64,000 nt of DNA from Candidatus Enterousia sp. (GTDB lineage: Bacteria; Pseudomonadota; Alphaproteobacteria; Rs-D84): contig JAZTWA010000020.1 of assembly GCA_045635585.1 (NCBI GenBank), positions 2,426 through 66,425 on the forward strand, written 5' to 3'. Position 1 is the first letter of the stretch. Each line of letters begins with the position of its first letter. Below, piece by piece: positions 35,793-44,134 of this stretch. A program made the position numbers and the translations under genes. The notes beneath the pieces were generated by a model. That model was not told the DNA's origin and did not search any database. It saw only the letters and a list, made by a program, of their open reading frames with translations.

Positions 35793-36739
35793 CGCCAATT
35801 ATTGAAAAACAATGGATCATCACGATTAATTGTATATTCAACCCCGCATTTTTTTAATACATCTAATCTATTACTATCAATACGTTTGACGGGCGTTAAC
35901 AGCACATTCGATTCAGGGCATAGATCAAACCTGGTATGCCCCGAAAATAGTTTTAATATCTTTTGCCTTGTGTCATTTGCCCATAAATATGTTCCATGAC
36001 AAATATTATCCAGTTGCAATTTTGATAAATTAACAAAATATTCGTCATAAAGTTCGTCTTGCGTAGTTCCTGTAATTATTTCACCCGCATGCAATCCGAC
36101 ACTTGCTTTTAATCCACTGGTCTTACTTGCTTCTATTATTTCAGATAAAACACACAAATTAGATTCTAGTATGTTTTTATCAGGGTATTCATATCCAGAA
36201 ATATCAAAACCAACGCAACGCGATTTAAACGGCTCTTGTTGCAATAATTTGCAAATATCAGACAACAATTTATACGAATAATTTTTTAATTCTCCAGATT
36301 GCGTACGAATAAAGGTTATACAAATTTTACCTTTTGCGGCTTTATGTAACTTTTCGACATCTTCAAAGCCTTGAATCATACCTATATAGCGCTTATATGT
36401 ATTGTCTATGGTTATGTCAGGACCTGCAATAATTGTGTATTCTGATATTCCAAAGCGCGCCAAATTAAGAGCTAACTCACGTGTTGCCAGACGGTATGTT
36501 TGATATATTTCATTTGTATTTTTTGGTTTTGTAACAGATTGCACCAGTGAATACATTTCGTTAAACTTTTGTTGATTTAATTTATAATCGTTGCCAAACA
36601 TACTAACAAAAGTATCAGACAAACCATCAGGCGACAGAATAGAATACTTATCTAAAAACGCCTGATGTGACTCTTGTAATTTTCTGTACACGTATGTAGG
36701 CGATAAAGAACCTGTAAAATGTAAATGTTTGTCTATCAT
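35783..36739 (-). CDS. Adenosine/AMP-deaminase-fold metallo-hydrolase (short, 318 aa)
   Basis: All ADA-family signatures occur in order: DKHLHFTGSL (HxH), VGFDISGYE, GLHAGE, ICHGTYL, DLCPESNV, TINRDDPLFF. Its start overlaps the upstream gene's stop by 4 nt. Confidence 0.75.
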   Translation of the reverse strand: MIDKHLHFTGSLSPTYVYRKLQESHQAFLDKYSILSPDGLSDTFVSMFGNDYKLNQQKFNEMYSLVQSVTKPKNTNEIYQTYRLATRELALNLARFGISEYTIIAGPDITIDNTYKRYIGMIQGFEDVEKLHKAAKGKICITFIRTQSGELKNYSYKLLSDICKLLQQEPFKSRCVGFDISGYEYPDKNILESNLCVLSEIIEASKTSGLKASVGLHAGEIITGTTQDELYDEYFVNLSKLQLDNICHGTYLWANDTRQKILKLFSGHTRFDLCPESNVLLTPVKRIDSNRLDVLKKCGVEYTINRDDPLFFNNWRQR

Positions 36740-37926
36740 TTAACTTTACCAATCCAAGTACACAGATAGTCCATATGAACCAACCTTTGTGTGCTTACCA
36801 TATTTTGTTCTTGCGGGAATTCATGCTGATAGTCCTTGGGACAATATGGATCCTTGCACAAAAATGACTTATTACCTGTTTGTACCGCATTAAACAGATA
36901 AGATCTAGCCGCACATCCACCACCACACACATCTACTTTTTCACACCCCGCGCATCCACGTAACATTTCTGGATTTGCATTTCGTTGCCTAAACACCTTA
37001 AATTCATCTGATTTTATAATGTCTGATAATTCATGTGTTAACAGGTCTTGTGAAGATTTGTAATCATGCATATAAACACACGGCGAAACAAAAATTTTTC
37101 CATCTGGCGTAATAGAGTGAATCCTGAAACTAGATATTCCACATGGACAACGTTTTGAATTTTTTTGTCCTGTCACTGTTCTCAACACACTTTCACCATT
37201 TTCTACATTATCACAGTGTTGCATCAAATACTGAAACCCATAATAAAACTGTTTAATAGACATAACGTATTTCATTTGTACTGAACTTAAGGGTTTCATT
37301 GTATTAATACGAACAAAAGCATCGTATTTCTTGCATAATTCTATTAGTGCTGACAAGTGTCTTTCTGTAAAATTCCAATTCATGCCAGCCATAATGACAC
37401 TGTGCGGTTTTCCAGTTTGCTTGCAAATATCTAAACATTGAATGGCATCATCATATAAGTTATCGCCACGATTGGCATTATGTTCTTCCTTGAACGGCGA
37501 ATCCAAACTTATATCAAAATCATTTATTTTTTCATAAATATCAGGGCGATATTTATACAAATATAATAATGTATCCCCACTAGTGGTAATTCCCGCCGAT
37601 AACCCATACGAATCCAAACGTTCTATTATATACGGCAACAGAGAATCTTTAACATTTGGACCATTTGTAAAAATTGGCTCGTTACCGCCAAGATTTATCG
37701 TTTCAACATTGTTCTTGGCCAATTGTTCTACTATTCTATCTACAATTTCAGGCGTCATATTAGCACCAAGACGGCGGGCAGACATAGAATAACAATGCTT
37801 GCACTTATGCGGACAATAATTTCCCAGTGTCCAACCAACATTTTTTATTACCGATGGGGTCTCTGGGGCGTTGCCAAATTCGGTAACAGGACCACGTAGT
37901 TTGTAATGTTCAGTTGAGTTATACAT
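36736..37926 (-). CDS. Radical SAM enzyme with a SPASM-type C-terminal auxiliary-cluster domain
   Basis: CPHKCKHC (CX3CX2C) near the N-terminus; GGNEP; C-terminal Cys-rich CPCG...C...CAGCEKVDVCGGGCAARS, typical of SPASM/twitch domains. Confidence 0.85.
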   Translation of the reverse strand: MYNSTEHYKLRGPVTEFGNAPETPSVIKNVGWTLGNYCPHKCKHCYSMSARRLGANMTPEIVDRIVEQLAKNNVETINLGGNEPIFTNGPNVKDSLLPYIIERLDSYGLSAGITTSGDTLLYLYKYRPDIYEKINDFDISLDSPFKEEHNANRGDNLYDDAIQCLDICKQTGKPHSVIMAGMNWNFTERHLSALIELCKKYDAFVRINTMKPLSSVQMKYVMSIKQFYYGFQYLMQHCDNVENGESVLRTVTGQKNSKRCPCGISSFRIHSITPDGKIFVSPCVYMHDYKSSQDLLTHELSDIIKSDEFKVFRQRNANPEMLRGCAGCEKVDVCGGGCAARSYLFNAVQTGNKSFLCKDPYCPKDYQHEFPQEQNMVSTQRLVHMDYLCTWIGKVK

Positions 37927-37927
37927 A

Positions 37928-39511
37928 TCATTTCACCTTTATAAATGGGTTTACTGCCGCCCTGTATTGTAAGCGCGCTTTGCGATATAATTCGTCTGTT
38001 TTTGACTCTTGCTTATAAAAGAATCCTCTGTTGTTTTCTATTGATTTTTCTACAAAACTTGCAACCGTTGTGGCACTTGCATTACTGTCAACCAAATCTA
38101 ATATTTTGCACATAATATCTAAATCCAGTTGTCGTATTTTTAAGTATTCAGCATAAAAATCTGCCATTTCTGATTTTGTAAGTGCCTTTGGCGATGTAAG
38201 CGGGTCTATTGCCTTGTCATAAAAAGCCATATGCACTGTGTGCCAACGCTTCAAGGCATCATACGCTATTTTGGCCCTATCGTCTAATATTCTATAATTG
38301 TAATTCCCCAACACTGGATTTTCACTGGTCACAATATTATTTCTGGAAACTTTCTGTTGAAACGCCGTACCAGTCGCTGCAAACATTTCTGTAAAAATAC
38401 CCTTGCTTATAATCCAATCATATTTCCGCATATATTCATAGTTCTCTTGCAACTCAACCAATGTGGTATAAGGATCAAATAATATCTGGCCAGCTTGAAC
38501 ATAAAAGTCATGTTTCTTAAACAAATCTAACGCCATGCAATTTTGTTTAACCGATGCGCCCTTGGCCATTCGCTTCAACGCAGTTGTAGAAAAATTTTCT
38601 ATTCCGCATGAGAATGAGAAAAAACCAGCACGTTTTAATTCTGCAAGCACTTCATCTGTTACCCTGTCGGCACGTATTGAGCCACGTAAATCAAAGGCGA
38701 GACCATATTCTTGCATTTTGGTTGCAAAATCGCGACACCATTGCGCATCCCTGTCGCCGTCAACAAAGGAATCGTCAATAACTTTGATATGTTGCACACC
38801 TAAACTTTTCAAATACCGCATTTCAGATATAATATTATCTATGCTACGCCCACGCCATTTTGGAGACTTTGAGAGTCTAAAAAAAGAATTTATACTACAA
38901 AAAGAGCAATAACCCGTACAACCACGTGCCGTCAACAGGTGTATGGGCGTACGTTTATCTATTGCGATTTTTACCGTATCACGAACTGGGATTGGCAGGT
39001 CGTCCAGCGGGCTTAATAACTTTACAATTGGATTATGCGTATTTTTGCTATTTTCTTTATAACTTAGATTCTTAATACCTGAAACAGGGGTTTTATCTTG
39101 TAACGCTTGTGCTAAATCACAAATCGCCTGCTCGCCCTCGCCACGAATTACGAAATCAAATCCGCTGTCTAAAAATAAGTCTGGACTAAAAGTGGGGCCA
39201 AAACCACCTGCAGCAAAGGTAATGTTTTTTTGTTGCTTTACAGCATCCAATGTCTTTAACGCCTGATCTATATTGGATTGATACGCAGAAACACCAATGA
39301 ACAACGGTTCTTTGTCTTGTAAAATCTTATTTGCCAATTCGTCTGGCGTCCAGCCATTTAGCCAAGCATCTAAAATTTTTACCTCAAATCCATTTTTTTG
39401 TAAAACTGCAGACAAATACCCCAGCCCCAGATTTTCTTCTGCAGTTCTATGACTGATGGGTGCTGGGGTCGCTAGGATAATAAAATTATTTTTGTTCTGC
39501 GTACTTTGCAA
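37928..39511 (-). CDS. B12-binding-domain radical SAM enzyme (class B-like)
   Basis: N-terminal Rossmann-like cobalamin-binding-type domain (IILATPAP...LGLGYLSAVLQKNGFEVKILD...FIGVSAY...IRGEGE) followed by ARGCTGYCSFCS (CX3CX2C). Confidence 0.85.
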   Translation of the reverse strand: MQSTQNKNNFIILATPAPISHRTAEENLGLGYLSAVLQKNGFEVKILDAWLNGWTPDELANKILQDKEPLFIGVSAYQSNIDQALKTLDAVKQQKNITFAAGGFGPTFSPDLFLDSGFDFVIRGEGEQAICDLAQALQDKTPVSGIKNLSYKENSKNTHNPIVKLLSPLDDLPIPVRDTVKIAIDKRTPIHLLTARGCTGYCSFCSINSFFRLSKSPKWRGRSIDNIISEMRYLKSLGVQHIKVIDDSFVDGDRDAQWCRDFATKMQEYGLAFDLRGSIRADRVTDEVLAELKRAGFFSFSCGIENFSTTALKRMAKGASVKQNCMALDLFKKHDFYVQAGQILFDPYTTLVELQENYEYMRKYDWIISKGIFTEMFAATGTAFQQKVSRNNIVTSENPVLGNYNYRILDDRAKIAYDALKRWHTVHMAFYDKAIDPLTSPKALTKSEMADFYAEYLKIRQLDLDIMCKILDLVDSNASATTVASFVEKSIENNRGFFYKQESKTDELYRKARLQYRAAVNPFIKVK

Positions 39512-39893
39512 TTTCAGCCTTTAAACTGGGGTCTGCGGACATATCTGCAAATTCTGCAGGATATATCCATTTATATTCTGTATGCTCACTTGACAGTTTT
39601 ACATCTCCCCCCAGATATTTAGCTAACAAAGTAATACCAACAGTTTGTCTTTCTTTTGCAGGCGTCATAAATGACCACAACGACCATGGTCTGAATTCAA
39701 TTTCTACATCAAGACCGGTTTCTTCAAATACTTCGCGCTTGATACCATCTGTTGTTTTTTCACCATACTCAATTTTCCCGCCTGGGACATCCCATAATTC
39801 GGCATAAACATCTTCTTCGCAACTGCGCTTCAGAACTAAAATCTTATCGTCTTTATGTATAATTGCCTTCAACGCAACCTTAAATTCCGCCAT
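39486..39893 (-). CDS. Nudix hydrolase
   Basis: Canonical Nudix box GGKIEYGEKTTDGIKREVFEETGL (GX5EX7REUXEEXGU). First gene of the four-gene operon; overlaps the next gene by 26 nt. Confidence 0.9.
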   Translation of the reverse strand: MAEFKVALKAIIHKDDKILVLKRSCEEDVYAELWDVPGGKIEYGEKTTDGIKREVFEETGLDVEIEFRPWSLWSFMTPAKERQTVGITLLAKYLGGDVKLSSEHTEYKWIYPAEFADMSADPSLKAEIAKYAEQK

Positions 39894-40248
39894 TTTGCTC
39901 TCCTTGTATGGGTAGTATCTTACTGTATAAATTCACAAAATCAAGTTTTGATTAAATTTTTCTTTTACTCATAACAAAACTATATGGGAAAAATTTAAAA
40001 TTTGTTTTCAAGTAAAATATTTTCAATTTTGGCGATTTAAAAAAAGATCACATTTGAAAAAAATTCCTTTCCCGTTATTAATTAATTATAAGGAGTCCAA
40101 GCCTATCATACCTGCAAAGGCGGGAATTGGTTCGCGTTATGATTGAACGAGCAACTTATTCACAAGAACAACTGATATTCTGTATCAACATCAACGGTTA
40201 TATAATTCATTTTTATCTACATATCATATCAATCACAATAGCCGTCCA

Positions 40249-40596
40249 ATGGAATATACGGTCAACGGTGATAATGTGATGATTGTGCGACCGGTTGTGC
40301 TGCGCCGATATGCCAACACCAGATTTAGCGGTGGACGTAACGGCACGCTGAGCATGACAGAAAACAACCACCTGATATTGAAGGCCTTTGCCACCGCGTG
40401 GAAATATAGAGAATTGTATGAACGGGATGGGGACATACACCGCATATTCCAAGAAGAACACACATCGCCACGTCAGTTTTACCGGCATCTGGATATCGCA
40501 TATATGAATCCGGACAAGGTTAATGAAATCTTGTCCGGTAAAGCACATATCAATGTTAATGATTTGTTCCAGATTGCAAGAGAGAATCAGTTGTAA
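40249..40596 (+). pseudogene. Remnant: C-terminal fragment of a serine recombinase (resolvase/invertase with alphaproteobacterial-type C-terminal extension)
   Basis: HLILKAFATAWKYRELYERDGDIHRIFQEEHTSPRQFYRHLDIAYMNPDKVNEILSGKAHINVNDLF parallels the ...LxKALARAxRWxxxLExG....SYvxRxLRLxxLAPDIVEAILDGxQP..L.L..L tail of such recombinases. No catalytic resolvase domain is present. A 47-codon ORF at 40139 (MIERATYSQEQL...) could be a scrap of the N-terminus. Confidence 0.45.
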
Positions 40597-41661
40597 TTAT
40601 TTTGTAGGATTTCCTGTTTCCATCTCTGCACCGACCATAGGACCATTAAAACTATACCTCTTGTGTTTATTCAAAAATATTTCCCTTAAAACTTTATTTT
40701 CACGACGCAATACATTATCTGAGTCAGTAGAACCTTCTGGGGCCTGTGAAAAATATTCTGATAATATTTGCCATTTTAAATCAGCTTTGGCATTTTCTAT
40801 ATCATCTTTGTTTTCGAAATCAATTTCACGCCCCAGTATAATCGCAACACTTTGTTCATTCATATGTGTGATTAACGCTTCTATTGCTGATATTTTTCGT
40901 TTATCCCCATTAATTTTTTCATATACATTGAAAAGTGCATTAAATATTTTATACAAAACAAACAATGTCCCCACAAACAGTAAGGCGTTTGGAATTTTCA
41001 CAACAACAATCGAAAGCGCCGCATACACCCAATTCCAACCATTTGGTACAAGACTTGCATTGATAAGATTCAGTTGCTCTGAAAAAAGACTTAAAGTTTC
41101 AGAGATATTGCAAAGAGAAAAACTGCCAAGAATTACCGCCAACACAATTATGCCCAACATACTCCACCCATAGAAGCGCATATTTTTAACTGACTCTTCT
41201 TTGAAATCTTTAACACTGTTTATAATTTTTATATTTTTTTCGATTTTCGCCTTGTGTTTTTGGTATTTTTCATCCATTTGCTTCGTTTTGTTAGCTGTTT
41301 CTTCTTCTCGCTTTTGAGCGGTATCTTCCAACTCCACAATTCTATTTTCTAATTGTATCTTCTCATGATTTAAAGACCCAGCAGGATATTCTCCCGTATC
41401 ATCTTGGAGACCTATTTTTGTTTCTAACTGATTATGCTCTGTTTTCAACTGATTAATATCATTAACCAGCGCATCCCCCTCTGATTTATACCTGGTCAAA
41501 TTCTGTGTAGCTACAGAAATATCTGACTGTAAGGAAGCCAATGTATCTTGCGCTTGCGATATTTCATTTTGTAAGTTCTGTTTTTCTGTTCTCAATTGTT
41601 GATTTTCTTCAATAAGTTGCTGCCGATTTAGTGCTAAGGCAGAATTTGTAACGGGAGCCAT
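40597..41661 (-). CDS. Coiled-coil membrane protein, unknown function
   Basis: 354 aa. The N-terminal ~150 aa are heptad-like and Q/E/N/L-rich (QQLRTEKQNLQNEISQAQDTLASLQSD...). Two hydrophobic segments follow (WSMLGIIVLAVILGSFSL; WVYAALSIVVVKIPNALLFVGTLFVLY), then a soluble C-terminal ~100 aa. Confidence 0.6.
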   Translation of the reverse strand: MAPVTNSALALNRQQLIEENQQLRTEKQNLQNEISQAQDTLASLQSDISVATQNLTRYKSEGDALVNDINQLKTEHNQLETKIGLQDDTGEYPAGSLNHEKIQLENRIVELEDTAQKREEETANKTKQMDEKYQKHKAKIEKNIKIINSVKDFKEESVKNMRFYGWSMLGIIVLAVILGSFSLCNISETLSLFSEQLNLINASLVPNGWNWVYAALSIVVVKIPNALLFVGTLFVLYKIFNALFNVYEKINGDKRKISAIEALITHMNEQSVAIILGREIDFENKDDIENAKADLKWQILSEYFSQAPEGSTDSDNVLRRENKVLREIFLNKHKRYSFNGPMVGAEMETGNPTK

Positions 41662-41822
41662 TATTAATCCTTTTATTTTATCGCATTTTATGTAGGATTT
41701 TTTTTACTGTTTTCAAGGGGTAACACATAAAAACTGGCATCGGTGTTTTGGGCAATGTATGTAAGTAGCGGAATTATTCGAACATTTGATAATTTCGTTG
41801 TACATACCGGTAACCTTGTGAT

Positions 41823-41909
41823 GAAAAAGTGGCTGAAATCCGGCTAAAAACAAAGCCCCGACAGATATTGTCGGGGCGTTTGATTTTTGTGGCGGAGTCG
41901 AAGGGATTC
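41823..41909. repeat. Direct repeat, tRNA-proximal copy (overlaps the 3' 20 nt of tRNA-Ser)
   Basis: See 33689-33773. It contains the hairpin CCCCGACAgatatTGTCGGGG, which acts as the terminator of tRNA-Ser on the minus strand. Confidence 0.75.
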
Positions 41910-41980
41910 GAACCCTTGATACCCTTGCGGGTATACCACATTTCCAATGTGGCGCACTAGACCAACTATGCGACGACTCC
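41890..41980 (-). tRNA. tRNA-Ser (GGA)
   Basis: Minus strand GGAGTCGTCGCATAGTTGGTCTAGTGCGCCACATTGGAAATGTGGTATACCCGCAAGGGTATCAAGGGTTCGAATCCCTTCGACTCCGCCA. Anticodon loop TTGGAAA, long variable arm (class II), CCA encoded. Confidence 0.9.
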
Positions 41981-41993
41981 TGAATAAAAATGA

Positions 41994-42365
41994 TTATTCT
42001 TCGTCCAAAGCGTCAACATCAGAAGATTCTTCAACAACTTCTTCGTCTGATGACAAAACAGAATCCAATTCCGCATCAATTTCACGCAACAACGGATCAG
42101 ACGCAGCAATTTCCAATGATTCTTCACCAGGTTCTGAAACAGGCGCTTCTTTGTAAGATTGGACAAATTCATGACGGACCGCAGATACATCCAATTTACC
42201 ACTGGCGATTTCGCGCAGCGCAACAACAGTCAATTTATCATCTTTGGTATCAACCACAGGTTCTGCCCCACCGTTCAAATCACGAACACGCTGAGATGCC
42301 AACATCCCCAGTTCATAACGACTTTCTACGTATGGTAAAGTATCAGAATTTGTTGTACGTGCCAT
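41994..42365 (-). CDS. rpoZ: DNA-directed RNA polymerase subunit omega
   Basis: MARTTNSDTLPYVESRYELGMLASQRVRDLNGGAEP is the conserved RpoZ core, followed by an acidic tail. Start moved to ATG 42365, because the upstream part of the listed ORF is low-complexity. Confidence 0.85.
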   Translation of the reverse strand: MARTTNSDTLPYVESRYELGMLASQRVRDLNGGAEPVVDTKDDKLTVVALREIASGKLDVSAVRHEFVQSYKEAPVSEPGEESLEIAASDPLLREIDAELDSVLSSDEEVVEESSDVDALDEE

Positions 42366-42415
42366 TTTAATTCCTTTGTTGAAATCTTTTTTAACCAGGT
42401 TATAATGAACCATGG

Positions 42416-43672
42416 ATGGCAAAAATGCAAGAAGAAAATAATAAAAATAATATAAAAACACTATCTTTTGGTTGTCGATTAAATGCGTTGGAATCGGAAA
42501 AGATTCAGAAAATGCTGGCCCCACATATCAAAACCGCAATTGTCGTTAATACGTGCGCCGTAACAGCAGAAGCAGAAAGACAATCAGGTCAGGCATTACG
42601 ACGTATTGCACGCGAAAACCCAAACAGCCCTATTTTTGTAACAGGATGCGCTGCAACACGAAATCCAGAATTGTTTACACATATTCCAAACACTGCCGTT
42701 ATTGCCAATCGCGAAAAATTAAATCTGGAATCATATGTCGCCGCAATCCAATCAGGAAAATGTGACATTATCAATCCGACAATTGAAAAATTTAGTCAGG
42801 TTGACACAAAGCTGTCCAAACAATTCATACAAATACAAAATGGATGCAATCATAATTGTGCGTACTGTATAACACGCGCATTGCGTGGACCCGCAGTATC
42901 TTTTGAATATACAGACATATTGAACGATGTACGAACTGCGGTCCAACATGGCTTTTATGAAATTGTTTTAACTGGTGTCGATATCGCGTCATATGTAAAA
43001 AACGATACAGATGGCGTATGCACATTATCAAAACTGTGTAAAAAACTGTTAAACGATGTGCCAGAAATTCAAAGGCTACGTTTATCTTCGGTAGACCCGG
43101 CCGTACCAGACGTTCACAACATCATAGATTTAATACACAATAATCCTAGAATGATGCCGCACATGCATTTTTCAATGCAATCATGTTCTGATACGATATT
43201 AAAAAGCATGGGACGCAGACATAATGCACAAATGGTACGCGACTTGGTTACACACGCAAAAGGAAAAATTACATTCAGCTGGGATATAATTTGTGGATTT
43301 CCAGGTGAAACAAACGAATTATTTGCTGAGACATTAGCAATGATTCATGAAACAAAACCAATTAAGATTCATGCATTTCCTTTTTCACCACGTCCCGACA
43401 CCCCCGCAGCCACTATGCCAATGCAAATAAATCGCACAATTTCCAAAGAACGCGTAAAAATTATAAATACCACAGCAAATCAAAACCGCTTGGATTTTAT
43501 GCAATCCCAGATTGGCAAGACCGTTCAAGTCTTGGTCGAAGAAAATAATATGGCACGTTGCCCACACGATATTGCCGTAAAGATTACCGGACCCAATGTA
43601 CCTGCACGCACAATATGCGACGTTACAATAACTGACGTCGTTGACGACTGTTTCATCGGTTGCATGGCTTGA
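42416..43672 (+). CDS. mtaB: MiaB-family radical SAM methylthiotransferase, MtaB-like
   Basis: N-terminal UPF0004 domain (TLSFGCRLNALESE...VNTCAVT), radical SAM motif NGCNHNCAYC, ~418 aa. Confidence 0.8.
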   Translation: MAKMQEENNKNNIKTLSFGCRLNALESEKIQKMLAPHIKTAIVVNTCAVTAEAERQSGQALRRIARENPNSPIFVTGCAATRNPELFTHIPNTAVIANREKLNLESYVAAIQSGKCDIINPTIEKFSQVDTKLSKQFIQIQNGCNHNCAYCITRALRGPAVSFEYTDILNDVRTAVQHGFYEIVLTGVDIASYVKNDTDGVCTLSKLCKKLLNDVPEIQRLRLSSVDPAVPDVHNIIDLIHNNPRMMPHMHFSMQSCSDTILKSMGRRHNAQMVRDLVTHAKGKITFSWDIICGFPGETNELFAETLAMIHETKPIKIHAFPFSPRPDTPAATMPMQINRTISKERVKIINTTANQNRLDFMQSQIGKTVQVLVEENNMARCPHDIAVKITGPNVPARTICDVTITDVVDDCFIGCMA

Positions 43673-43720
43673 AAAAACACGAAATAAAACTATATAAGAC
43701 TTGAACAACAAGGAACAACT

Positions 43721-44062
43721 ATGAATTTTAATACATTATTATCAGAATGTCATAAGAAAATAGAAAGCGCAAATACATGTGCCGAAAAAACAAAAATCGC
43801 AGAAACTTATTTGCCCAGATTAAACATTCTGATGAAGAACGAAGAAAAAGAACGCGAACGCAGTTTGCTGTTTCATGGGGCACTGGCCATATCGTTTTCT
43901 GTGATCATGCTGACTATATGTATTTTCAACGCACAAAAACAAAAAGATGACGCAAAAAGCGAACAGGCGCGCACAGAACAAATAACGAACAAACCACAAA
44001 CCAAAATTACGTCTGATGCACCGCTATTACAGTTTCGCGTGCAAAATCAAAAACAAAAATAA
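43721..44062 (+). CDS. Small membrane protein, unknown function
   Basis: 113 aa with one hydrophobic helix (LLFHGALAISFSVIMLTICIF), followed by the terminator at 44065. Confidence 0.45.
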   Translation: MNFNTLLSECHKKIESANTCAEKTKIAETYLPRLNILMKNEEKERERSLLFHGALAISFSVIMLTICIFNAQKQKDDAKSEQARTEQITNKPQTKITSDAPLLQFRVQNQKQK

Positions 44063-44064
44063 CC

Positions 44065-44087
44065 ATCCCCGCCAAACGGGGATTTTT
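44065..44087 (+). terminator. Intrinsic terminator
   Basis: ATCCCCG-ccaaa-CGGGGAT followed by TTTTT. Confidence 0.7.
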
Positions 44088-44134
44088 AAATTTTTATATT
44101 GGAAATTGATTTTATTACTGCTAGTATCCATTCT

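Noticed and set aside
40101-40135. Sequence atcatacctgcaaaggcgggaattgg, which translates to IIPAKAGIG and is reminiscent of another widespread REP-like element (the VIPAKAGIQ type).
   Set aside because: It is a single degenerate copy with only a weak hairpin, which is too little to call a repeat family in this window.
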